This document shows, in pieces, positions 26,210 to 37,934 of a stretch of DNA of 64,000 nucleotides (position 1 is its first letter; the number at the start of each line of letters is the position of its first letter). The stretch is from contig CM102284.1 of the NCBI GenBank assembly GCA_046563655.1, positions 8,432,001 through 8,496,000 of the forward strand. Reading direction: 5' to 3'. The position numbers were made by a program, and so were the translations under genes. Below the pieces are notes generated by a model. It worked only from the letters and a program-made list of their open reading frames with translations. It had not been told where the DNA came from and did no database searches. This DNA is from Yuukianura sp. NJ FZ-2021 (lineage: Eukaryota).

Positions 26210-29092
26210 TTTAAAAATTCTCGTTTTTAAAAGTCACATTTTTTCAAAACCTCACATTTTCACTAAAATTTCGCCAAAGCGTCCAAACTTTTTCGGTTTT
26301 CTATCGACTTGGGTTCATCGCAGCTCGAAATTAAAACGTTCAAGTTCAAAAAAATTTGACACGAAATTTTCTAAAATGGAAACTAAGTTTTGTTGTGTAA
26401 TTTCACGGTTTCTTGGGCATTTCCAGTGACACTTTGAAAGTGGCTGGGCACGAGTCAGCGGATGTTAAAAAGTGGAGATCCTCGGTTGTTTCAAAGTTGA
26501 AAATGAACAAAAACAGTTGAAATTTAAGTTTAAGGTCGGGTGAGCAGTTGGTGGATGGACTTTTCAGAGGAAGTTTGCGTTGACTACTGACGACGAGGGG
26601 GACTTGGTTGTGTTGGACTTGAAAACTTGCAAGTACTTGTAAGGTGAATTGGTTCCTTGCGACTGCTTCTGACGAACAACGGCTTCAAACCCTCAAGAAA
26701 AAGAAAGGAAGTCAAGCAGCACATGAGGAAAACGCCTTCAACAGTCCAACTGACGCCACTTCAAATTAAACACAGCACAATCCACATTTTAAAATTTAAA
26801 ACAATCCAATTTTTAAAAAGATGAATCTGCAGTCGAACTTCACATTGAATTCTCAACTAAATCTGATGCATTAAAACGGAGATATTCATCACCAATATTT
26901 TTAACCGGCGTTGAAATTGCCAAATAAAAGTCAAAATAGGAAATATTCGGAGGAAATTTTTTTCAACCGGCGTGGAAGTTCTGTCTGTCAAACTCAAGAT
27001 TTTGTTTTTACGTATTTCTCTTGTACTTTTATTTTTCTAAAACTGAATTTTTAGTTTAAAATGTTTCGAAATTTTGAAACTTGATGATGGCAGGTGTAAC
27101 TCTGTGTTAGTTTGAGAATGGAGTGAAAGTGGAGGAAGGGAAGGAAGTTGATTCATTGGGGTGAGCCCTTCGAAATACGCATTTTACAGGTGCGTTTGTT
27201 CAAAAAAAATTGAAACAACGAAAAAAGTCGACCGGAAATCGGATCCGCACGAAAGTCTCCCCTCTTTATATTTCCAGTTCCTGTTACAGTGGTGATGTCT
27301 TCAAAAAATGGAGTCACAGGAGAAAAAAGTGTTAGAGAGTAAAGGTCAACTCAAAAATCCACAAGAGGTCAACTGCAATCGGATCAACATAAACCTCAGA
27401 AACCAATTTTTGCATCAGGCTTCAACTTTTTTACGTAATACAATTTTGTGGTTAAATTCTTTAGTTAAACTTTTTGCAATTGACCCGTTGTGTCATTGAC
27501 CGTTTGCTGACTCTGGACATGTAAAGTTAGACCTGCCACACGCACTGAGCGCATTAAAAGGCTATCAAAGTCTACAAAAGCCTATAAAAATCTATAGCCA
27601 AAAAATGGATTTGGACTAAAAAGTTCTGGAAGGGGGCATAGAACTCTGATGTACTTTTGTACTTATTGACATTTTCAGCAGGTGAAAGTTGTCAATTTCA
27701 CAAAGATTTAAAAGCTCCGGCGCCTGTGCAAAACCACAACAAACTCCAAAATCCACAACAAAATCAACCACAATGGAACGGTTTTGGTTTTTTGGTTGTT
27801 GCAAATTTTTAGAGTGTTGAATTTTTACAAGAGAAACTAATTTGAAGAAGCTAATGAACCAAATGACAACATGAATTCCACGCCATGATGCACAAGAAAG
27901 TTGCAAATTTAAAAAAAAGGTCAAAGGTCACATTGACCCATTTTTTGTCACATTTGAAAGAAATGTGCTCAGTGATCTCAGAAAAGAAAACTTGTAAAAT
28001 TTTCGTGTCAATTTTTGTACTTTTGAGACTAAAAACTGCACTAAAAGAGAAATTTTTTGCAAAAGTTGATGAGTCTGTCAGCATGAGCAGAATTAGTTTT
28101 TGAAGATGCGAAATTGATAATTGGAGGATTGTTAAATCATTTGTCACGATCCACCTGAGTCACTGCGCAGACAAAATTTCAAATTCTCAATTGTCAAAAT
28201 TCTCTGCAAAAGTAAGTCATACTTTTGACATATTTTAAATGTAATGTTTATTATTTTATATTAAAATTTCCATTTTTATGATTTTCACTTTCACGCACAA
28301 ACGCAATCAAGAGCATCTTCGTTTCGCCGCGTTAAAAACTACGTGGAACGTGTGACGGTTTACCGTTATGAAACTTGCAAAAAATTGGCTCGTGCCAAAA
28401 TGAAAAAAAAAAGCTGTTAGTTGATTAATATCTTTGAGCAGATGAATGTGTTGGGATAAGAAAAAGCAACTTTTTTTGCACTTTGGAAGTTGAGCTGTTG
28501 CAAATATTTTTGTTGTTGTTATAACTCAAAATCCGTCTTCCGGTTTCTGCTCCGATGAACTAAACAAAGCTTCCGCTATCAATTCAACTTTCTACATCTT
28601 TACTTTTTCCATGTAAAATCAAATGTTTTTTTAGTTACTTGGAATTTTAAAAAATGTTTAATTTTTGCATACTTAGACGCCGAAAGTATTTTTCTCTCAG
28701 TCTCAAAAGAAATTTTTTACTTTTAGCAAGCTTTGACGCCAGAAGCTTTTTCCCTCAAAGCTGAAACTACTAAAGTAACATGAAAGTTTTGATGAGTTCC
28801 GAATATTGTTAGGGAAAGGAAATTCAAAGTTATTGTTTTTAAAAATAATTTTTTAAATTTTAGCTGTTTTCAGTTGAATTGAACTGACATGCTTTTTCAA
28901 CATTTTTTTGGTTTGGTTTGCCTTACGGGCGTATTTTTCTATAAATAGTAAATACTAATCCTCTGAGCCGGTCAAGAACACATATTTTTTTGAAAGTCCA
29001 TTGAAAAGCTGTAGACGTGTTGAAAATATTTGCTGCTTTTAGAAGCAAGTTGTTCTGAAATTTTGAAAACTTGTCTTAATTTTGAAGGCAGA

Positions 29093-29899
29093 ATGTACAC
29101 GTTTACGTACGAGTGTGAATCGGTGATTGTGGACAACGACAAATTCACGAATGCTCTGCTTATCATTGACAACAATGCAGAGGACAGGACGCGGAGGAAG
29201 CTGTGGATCGGGGTCAGGCGACCAGGTCAAGGTCAAGTTCAGCAAGACAACCAGGATCACCACCTCAAGTGGAACTTCAACTTTGATAACGCAGCCACAT
29301 TGGGTAACATTTCAAATTCCGCATTCAACTATTTACAATTACAATGTTTTAAAATTAGTTCTGTTTTTTGGATTATTTTTAACTACAATATTTTGGAACT
29401 TTGTAGAACGTTTGGCCAAATTCCTTGTGGTTGACATTACTGAAAATTTTCAAAATTTTGAACTGCGACTTTTCGAGAGCGACCTCTTCGTCCAGGGCAA
29501 AATGTCGTTCAACCCGAATCCTCTAGACGAAAACTCAGAATTGACGGAGCAAGAGGAATGCAAACTCATGTTTCCTGTCTACAGTTGGATTGGTAAACCA
29601 TCAATTAGGTTAACCTAATCAGGTTAACATAAAAAGTTAGGCTAAGGATAGCCTAACTTAAAAACTGAAACTTAAGACGACAGATTTAACACAAAATTTG
29701 GCTTTTTTTGCTTTTTAGATTATCAGATTTTGATGGTGAGTTTCCGATTTGGAGACAGAATGACCAATGAGAATCCAGTTGTGAGTTTTTGTCTTATTAT
29801 AATTTAATGTATATTATTTTTTTTTAACAATTAGTTCAAAATTTTGAAACCTAAATTTGAATTTTTTAGATTCACGATTCCCTGTTCAGAGGACTTTAG
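29093..29899 (+). CDS. Hypothetical ~160 aa protein, 4 exons, no recognised family
   Basis: Exons ~29093-29303, 29408-29592, 29719-29781, 29870-29899 join in frame via GT-AG sites; an upstream exon is possible. Confidence 0.65.
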
Positions 29900-30056
29900 A
29901 CAAAGTTTGTCATCAATTTTGAGCGTTACTTGTGGCTTAATTTCGTATTTATCAATGATTGAATTTATAATGAATTTCGTTGTTTTTATTTAATAAATTA
30001 TTGCTTTTTCGCTTAAAATTGTTGATTCGTTTTTTCAAAATTTGCCGTTTTCGGTT

Positions 30057-32009
30057 TCATTTTTGCTCTTCTTCGGCCAAAATGTTTGTTTTGTCTTGTG
30101 TCGCCTGGAGGTTGCTGCCAGTAGTTGTAGGCGATCCAGCACCTTCAGTATCCTCTGCCTCCTCAGCCTCAGTCTCAGCATCTTTAGGCAGATCAGATTT
30201 TGAGAAAATTTTTTAAAAAATTGAGGTTCAAAATTTTGAAAACCATATTTGACCTTTAGCTTCCACTTCATCTTCGTCTGGTTCTGGTTCCATTCCGGGC
30301 TCCATGAATCCACAGTCTTGAATAAAAATGTCACACTTCGGAACTCCGGTTGAGCCCAGGTAGTCTTTCAACTAAAATCCAAAATTTTGAAAATCTAGGA
30401 TTCCAATTTTGAAATCTTTTCAAAAATTTACAGAACTTACTTTCTCCAGGACTTTCATTCCGGAAGTGACCTTGCCGAAGACGACGTTTGTTCCGTCGAG
30501 TGCCGGAGTGGAGCGAGCAGTGATGATGAACTGCGAGCCATTAGAGTCTGGGCCACAGTTGGCCATGGACACAACTCCAGCATCGTCATGTTTCAGCCTA
30601 AATTCACAAAAATTTCAGTTTAAGTGTACTATTTTGAAAATTGTTAATTTCTTTAGTCAAAAAATTAAGAATTTTGAAAAATAGTAGAAAAGAGACTTTT
30701 TACCTGAAGTTTTCATCTGGGAAAGTGTCTCCATAGATACTTTTGTTGCCGAATCCCTCCTGCCCTGTGACATCTCCCCCTTGCCACAGGATGCCAGGCA
30801 CAATGCGATGAATCTGAGAACATTTGTAAGACAGTCCTTGTTCCCCCGTGCACAAACACAAGAAGTTCTCAGAGGTCATCGGGGTCACTTCAAAGTTGAG
30901 CTCAATCACGACTTGACCCAGGCGTTTAGTCTCCGTCGCAAGGATCAGGAACACAGAAGCCTTCGGGCCACGCCCAAGGGCTCTCTCCATGTGATCTTCC
31001 CATCCTAAACACAAAAAAGTCACGTTACAAAAAAAGGTCAAGGTCATTGACCTTTGATATTTGACCTTTGACCTTTGATATTTGACCTTACCTTTCAAGG
31101 GAACTTTCTTCCAGTACAGAGGATAAAGAGAGAGACGTTGGATAAAATCTTCGTTTTTCTTGTACTCCGCCAACAGCTTTTGTGTGTCGTACATTGGTTT
31201 CTGAAATTGTGCAAAACTCGTATAAGTTTCAAAATATTGCAATAACATATTATATTTTATTATATTATAATATATAAAAAAATATAAAAGGTTTACCATG
31301 TCTTGAAGACGCTTGAGCAGCGCTAAATTTGCGAGAGCGATGCAGAGGAGGTTCATTTGTCGTGTTCGGCCACTTTTATTTTCGGTTTTGCCGACAACAG
31401 TAAGTTTGTGGTCTACCATTCCCTGGATTCAAAAAATTAAGAATTAGAAATTTTGAAATTTTAGCATAATTTCAAAAGTTCTTACGGGTCCTTCCAAAAT
31501 TTTCGCAATTCTGCGGACCATCATGGCGTTTTCGCGTTCGATTTTCGTGAAATCGTGGAGACGCCGATTAAAATTGGTGGGTTTGCTGTACTTGTTGCGA
31601 CCTACGTTTGGAGCAGAAGTGTCGACCACCGCTGTGGCCAGTTTGACTCGATAGCGGTGCATATTGTAAGCATGCACGCGCAAACTGAAGAGGGGGTCAT
31701 CCGACCGACGACAGCGCAAACTGTACTTTTCAGCCTCAATTCCAGTCATAAACTACAAAAACAAGGTCAAAGGTCAAGATTTGACTTTTTAAAACTAAGA
31801 ATACCTGAAAAGTAGCTTACCTTTCTCGGTTTCCGAGCCTTTTCGGGTTTTTTCGGAAGTCGCTTTTGGAGTTGGACTGCAAGTTGTTCTCGAAGCTCCG
31901 CTCGACGATTGGCTTCGGCGACACTCGGATCCTCAGCTTCCGCTTCATCTTGTTCCAATTCATCTCCTTCTGGAATCGGCTCCAGAGTTGCTTCAGGTTC
32001 GTCAGACAT
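30057..32009 (-). CDS. CFAP97D/hemingway-like axonemal domain fused to a cyclophilin-type PPIase domain
   Basis: N-terminal [20 protein letters not shown]...[15 protein letters not shown]...MVDH...KPMYD...YPLYW; C-terminal [63 protein letters not shown]. Confidence 0.85.
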
Positions 32010-32157
32010 TCTTCGCTAAGTTCACAAAAGATGACCAACAAGTTGACCTCTGACCTTCCTTTGCAGACCACACAGAAAATTTGAAAAGCGGAAATTTTTA
32101 AGATCCATTTCTCATTTTATAAACAGTTAACGTTAAGCTGCTGTCAGTAAGCTGCAC

Positions 32158-32171
32158 GTTTCCATGGTGAC
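32158..32171. promoter_or_regulatory. RFX X-box GTTTCCATGGTGAC upstream of the CFAP97D-cyclophilin gene
   Basis: Near-palindromic X-box about 150 bp upstream of ATG 32009; consistent with a ciliary gene. Confidence 0.7.
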
Positions 32172-32360
32172 TGTAAGAATTATATTTTGCAAGTTACCAG
32201 TAGTAGCAAGTATAAGTATTTTTCATCTGATTGATAAGATACGGTGGAATTAATCAATTAATGTTAATTGCTTAATTAAATTGAGTTTCAGCCATTAAAT
32301 GAGCAGTAAGTGTTGCAATTAATTAAAATGAGCTTATAAAATGAATATTTTTATTTTGCA

Positions 32361-32630
32361 AAGTTGCAACGCCGTGCAAAAACTAATCTTGGGAGAGATA
32401 GGTGTACAGTGAGTGCCGGTTGCAAAAAATACACAGTGTGATTTGCGTGTATTTTTGCGTGTCGTGCAGACTGTTGTCCTAAAAGTGGACCCTCGATTTT
32501 GGCCGGATCTTATGCGGAGATTATGCGAAACAAAAAGGCTACCCTGTTTTCCCCTCTTCTTTTTTTCTTTGGGTGGGGAGCTAGTGGCGGGAAAAAAAAT
32601 TTGAATTTTTGAATTTGAAATTTAAATTTA
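32361..32630 (+). repeat. ~265 bp dispersed repeat, copy 1 (inverted partner at 45715-45978)
   Basis: aagttgcaacgccgtgcaaaaa...gtgccggttgcaaaaaa...gatcttatgcgga...tggcgggaaaaaaaatttgaa aligns by eye with the reverse complement of 45715-45978. Confidence 0.9.
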
Positions 32631-32948
32631 TTGTTTACATTTCAAAGACCCAACTCATTCACTTGTTTTTAGTTTACTTTTTACACTTTTCAGCTAATTA
32701 ATCGTTACTTAATCCAGTACATTGATTAAGTTTGAGAATTAATTAGTTTACTGTGGTGGAGGCAATCCATATTCGTCACAAAAACAAGGAACGAATCACC
32801 AGGCAAGGTTTATGCACTAGTTTTCCGGCTTTCTATGTATTATTACTGTTGTTTCATTTCATGAAACATATCGTTTATAGTTTAACAAGTAATCACAGTT
32901 AATTAACTAATTACTTAATTCCTTTTGCACAGGACAAATTGAAACAGA

Positions 32949-33546
32949 ATGCCGTTTATGAAAGGATTCGCCCCTGTCCGCCAGACACTGGACTACCTCA
33001 ACAGAACGAACCTCATTCTGAAGCCATACATTCGAATACTGGCAATTCACTACAATCGACAGCAGGAGACTCACAAGGAACTGAAGGACTTTGTGATCTG
33101 GCATCTCCCGCATCTTCAGTACAAGAATCCCAACGTCCAAGTCCTCACAATTAGAGAACTCACGCCCACGCCTTTCATCCGAGTGTGGCTGGACAGTGGA
33201 CGGGACTTGGTGCTGGACGTGGACAGGCAATCCAAGGATGAAATCCACGAACGCATTCTAAGAACTCTCTGCAAAGATGAAGAGGGTAAGGAATTATCAA
33301 CGCAGATTTCCCTTTGCTGTATTGCATTGATTTCATCCCGTTGTTCCTTTAGATCTGAAAGATGAAGAGGACGAAGTGGATGTTGTCAAAGTGAATCCTG
33401 CTAATTTCGGACGTGAATGTGCCAAACACTGTCTGTGTGAAGTGCCTGGTCAAGTCCCATGTCCCAGTGTCGTTCCACTTCCGTATACTTGGCGAGGAAA
33501 ATACAAGTTTGGTCACGCTGAAATCGACGAGTCCAAGTATTTATAG
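32949..33546 (+). CDS. MRPS25: Mitochondrial ribosomal protein S25
   Basis: [31 protein letters not shown], and exon 2 (33353-33546) [24 protein letters not shown]...RGKY. Confidence 0.95.
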
Positions 33547-33698
33547 TCATCTAATTTCCTCCAGTGTTACCAATTAGTATACTTTTACACATAACCGGCT
33601 AATACTTTGGCGTTTACTTCTGATTTTGTTCAATTTAGTAGTAAAAAATCGTGTTAAAAACGATCTGGGGTTAAAAATTTAGTTGGTACATTTCAGAG

Positions 33699-35415
33699 TT
33701 AGGCACTCCGTAGTTGATGCCAGAATCGCATTATTTTGTCTCTTGCTTCTATGACTTGAGTTTCAAAGTAGCAGAGGCCAATTCCGTAAATGGCTCCTGT
33801 CAAGTGAGCAGCGTGGTCCATGATTCTCCAGCCAGCTAGGAGTCCAACAGTGTCCACTGCTAAAATGCACTTGATCGCCTAAAAACAACAGTGAACTGTC
33901 TCATTTCAACTTCGGTTTTCAAAAAATCGGATTTTGTACTCACTGTGTCAGCGCTGAAGGTCAACCCTGGGATGAAGATAATACCGAGTTCAATGTCGGG
34001 CATTTTCCTGCAAACGTAGGCTAGGATACCCATCACAGCTCCAGACTAAACAAAGAATTGTGGATTCAAATTGAATTGAGTTTTGAAATTGATTTCACTT
34101 GTCTCACCGCTCCCAAGGACGGGACGTTGGTGCCCATGAACAGTTTGTAAATGTGTGATCCGAATGACGAAAGGACTCCGGCACTCAAGTACGTTCCCAC
34201 AAATTGTTCAGGTCCCAGTAACGAAGTGGCAGCTAACAAAATGTTGTTAAAAAAAATTAAAATATTTGTTATAAGTTTCAAAACAGTTGAAAACAATTGG
34301 TAGAAGAACTGCAGAGGGAAAGCAGTTAAAGTCGAAGGAAATGGATACAAGTTTTACCAGGCAGGAAGGAGTGGAGCACAAACATGTTTGCTCCAAGGTG
34401 AAACAAGGAGTAGTGACTAAACGTTGACAGCAACATTGGCCAGCATATCGCTCCTACAAACACAAAAACAATTAAACTTTCAAGCGAATTGAGTAGTTTA
34501 GTATTTCATGAACTTTGACCTTACGTGAGATGGGTGTTGACGTGAAGTAAGTGACCATTCGAGGTGCTAGTCCAGGGATGTGCCAAGCAGCGAAGACGAG
34601 GCAGTTGATGGCACAAATTGGCCAGAAGATCTTGTCAGCCGGAGAAGCCTTTTCCCACCACAAACGAACTTTATTACGCAACTCAAATCTTTTCTAAAAA
34701 GTGTTTGTGTGTAGGAGTTTAGTGGAAAGGAAAGTGAGGTCAAAAGGTTACAAATAAAATCAAATGTTAGTTTATACTGTCGGTTTACATTCAAGAACTG
34801 TGTGTATTACTGTCTTTGACTTACGTCTTGCGGGTCTTGAGTACTTGTTCTGCCTCCGCTGCCAACAATGTTACTGAAACTGAAGGATCCATTTCGCGAA
34901 AGCTTACTTCTTTGGTTCTCATACTGCCAAATTGTGCTGCCAATAAAACTACCACCGGTGACCTTTAGATAAAAACACGCTTTAGCGAAAACTCATAATT
35001 TTGAAAACGGTTTTAGATTTTACATTACCAAGGCTGTAAAGACTGCTGGTTTGATGAAAACATCGGTGATTCCTGACATTCTAGCTCCAGGATCTTGGAG
35101 CGAAGTGAGAATGGTCTTGGTGTGACCCTTGACTTCTCCAGTTCTTCCACCTCGAATGGTTCGAATGGACTGATCGCCGAATTTGAAGAGTCTTGAGCCT
35201 TGGCCGTGTAAGCGATGCCCTTGGTTGGCCAAGTATGCCTGCCAGATCAATTGACCCCCGCCTCGCCATCCCCCTCCAAGGAATCCATTCTTGTCACAAT
35301 TTAGCCAGGATTTGGAACTTTCAAATAATTTGGACAGCAATAACCTGGAAGGAAGGAAATCGTATAAATAAAACGAAACTAATCTTTGCCAGGACAACGT
35401 TTGGATTAAGTTCAT
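33699..35415 (-). CDS. PARL: Mitochondrial rhomboid protease (rhomboid-7)
   Basis: [33 protein letters not shown], catalytic [23 protein letters not shown]. Start codon uncertain. Confidence 0.9.
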
Positions 35416-35981
35416 CCGAAACTGATTACTTGCCGATTATTTTCCGGGCGCTGTAGTAATCGTATGACACTTTTTAGCTTCATTTTGATTTTGTATCCTG
35501 CTTCGTTTTCTTTCCTGGAGGAACGATTGACGAAATTGCTTGCTTTATAGCCACCGGCACCAGCAGGATTCAGCTGTTTCTACAAGAGTCTGGAAATATA
35601 AGAAATTGAGAAGTTTCTTGTTTCTTAATCTGATTATTTGGTGTCTGATTTAGTTTGACGAAGCAAAAACTGAACTTACCAGTGACGACAATAAGACCCG
35701 ACAAATCAAAACTAATTCCCGGATTGGGATTCCTAACTTTTTGCAAAGATTCGCTTTCGCATCTCTGCATTTATTTCTTGAAATCAAATCAAATCAAAAC
35801 AGCAGCAAAGAGCAGAAACATTCGTTTCCCGCCTGAAAAATTCAAAACCCGAAGTTTTAAATTTTAAACCTGAGACAAGTGAAAATCCTACGCGGCAAAA
35901 TAAATTTTGAATTTATTGGAATTTAAATTCTTGATTTTTCATTTTTCAACTTTTTTCTTTCATCAATTTATCGAAAAATCG

Positions 35982-36136
35982 TTGGATTTACCCTTATCAT
36001 CGTTTACGTGTCCAGCTGTCCATCGTAAACTTTGTTCTGGAAGTTGCGAGGACTTAAGAATCAGCAGATTTGTCGTCACACTGTTGCTGGACCTTCTGCA
36101 GAAATGATTCGAGCTCTCATCCTACCGTAAACACAA
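35982..36136 (+). repeat. Upstream copy of SdhC promoter and coding exon 1 (ATG 36104, donor after 36126)
   Basis: Near-identical to 36536-36692, including ATGATTCGAGCTCTCATCCTACC|GTAAAC. Confidence 0.9.
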
Positions 36137-36172
36137 ACACAATTAGGGTTATAGTAAAGCGATGTGGTCCGT

Positions 36173-36494
36173 TTTAGAAATTTTTTGAGATTGACATGAC
36201 CTCAGACAACCCAAAAAATGACCTCTACGAAAGTTGTTGGGCTTGATGAGGGGATCATTTTTTGTCGTGTGACTTATGACCCTGTAACCTTCCGTTGAGG
36301 TCATAGGTCAATTTGAAGGTTTAACCTAACCTAACCTAAACTAACTCACTTTCAAATTGACCTGTGACCTCAACGGAAGGTCACAGGGTGATATGTCACA
36401 GGACAAAAAATGATCCCCTCATCAACCCCAACAACTTTTGTAGAGGTCATTTTTTGGGTTGTTATAGGTCATGTCACTCGAAAAAAAGTTCTAA
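36173..36494. mobile_element. Palindromic (foldback/MITE-like) element with central (TAACC)n spacer
   Basis: Arms ~36173-36317 and ~36351-36494 are imperfect reverse complements; loop contains taacctaacctaacctaa. Confidence 0.8.
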
Positions 36495-36659
36495 GTAAAA
36501 CAGACTGCGAAAGTGATCTCCAACCAATCCTTGGATTGGATTTACCCTTATTCATTATCGTTTACGTGTCCAGCCGTCCAGCGTAAACTTTGCCCTGGAA
36601 GTTGCGAGGATTTAAGAAACAGCAGGTTTGTCGTCACTGTTGCTGGGCCTTCTGCAGAT

Positions 36660-37443
36660 ATGATTCGAGCTCTCATCCTACCGTAAACACAATTTATGGT
36701 TTACTACAATTTGAAAATTATGTGACACTGACACTGCTTGTTTCCGGGTTTCTTTACAGGGCACTGAGGCAAAATGGCATTAGCTCCCTACCGAGCCATC
36801 GATGTCTTCAGCTTCAGCGTCCAGTGCTGAGATGGTATGAACTCATTGCTTGACTACGTGACCCTCGGATCGATTATCCTATCCCGTTATTTTTAATGTC
36901 GTTTTATCGAATTCCAGTCTTTCGACAACGTCAAACACTGCTGCTGGAACTGCAGTCAAGGCCGAGGAGGACTTTTTCGAGAAAAATAAGCGCTTGAAAC
37001 GACCGATGTCACCACATCTGACAATTTATCAGCCGCAAATCACTAGCGTTCTCTCCCTAACACACAGAGCAACAGGAATCGCACTTACAGGCATGACTTC
37101 TCTGGTCGCCCTAGGTCAGCTACCTTTACATCCAGATTTATACGTTCCGTTATTCAGTTTTCATGTCAAATTGCTTCTTTGCATTTGGCAAACAGGAGCT
37201 GTCATGAGTTCGACTCCTTTTCCTACGTTTCTCGCAGCAGTGGAAGCTGCACAGTATGGATCCGCTGCAATCTTTGCTGCCAAGTATATCGTGGCCTTCC
37301 CCCTCGTTTATCACATGTTGAACGGAATTCGTCATTTGGCTTGGGATTTGGGGAAAGGATTTGAGTTGAAACAGCTCTATGCTTCTGGATACACCGTACT
37401 GGCGGCATCCATTCTTCTCTCCATCGTTGCTGCGTCAATGTAA
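36660..37443 (+). CDS. SDHC: Succinate dehydrogenase cytochrome b560 subunit
   Basis: MIRALILP-ALRQNG targeting peptide; FFEKNKRLKRPMSPHLTIYQPQITSVLSLTHRATG; YHMLNGIRHLAWDLG. Confidence 0.96.
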
Positions 37444-37934
37444 AATCAATGTCCAGGAAATACCCGTAATAATGCTGAGTGTCGTATTTAAAATCACTGA
37501 AAATTGTGGGCACTTGGCTGGCAGTAGAATAAATCGTTTTCGTCTGGCAACCAAAATTATTATTTTTCTTATTGTCCATAGAATTTCAATTGCGCGTCGG
37601 GTTGAAATTGAGACCAACTTTTTTCAGCGGGAAAAATCAAGATTCTTGGAATTTTATTTTTGTATGTTTTGCTTTTGATGTTTGACTTTGATTTTGATTT
37701 TTAACGGATGTGCAATTTTCATTTCAATTGAAAATTTAGTGAATTGAGTCATAAATTGATTAATTAAAAACGTTTTTGTAAGTTTTCGGAGATCCTGTTA
37801 CATTCTAAAGGCTGTTTGGACCAGAAGAAGCGAAGTTCAGCGATCTACGAGGAGAGAACCTTCGTTCCAGTGTTAAATCCGTTGATTGAATTGAATTGAA
37901 TCAGTTGATTGTTAATTGAATTGGCAAATCCAAG

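Noticed and set aside
32413-32604. Similar short ORFs MPVAKNTQCDLRVF / MPVAKKTRCDLRVF (also 45729-45926) as a gene pair
   Set aside because: GTG starts, and the similarity is explained by the non-coding repeat they lie in.
36322-36339. True telomere
   Set aside because: Only about three units, internal to a palindromic element.
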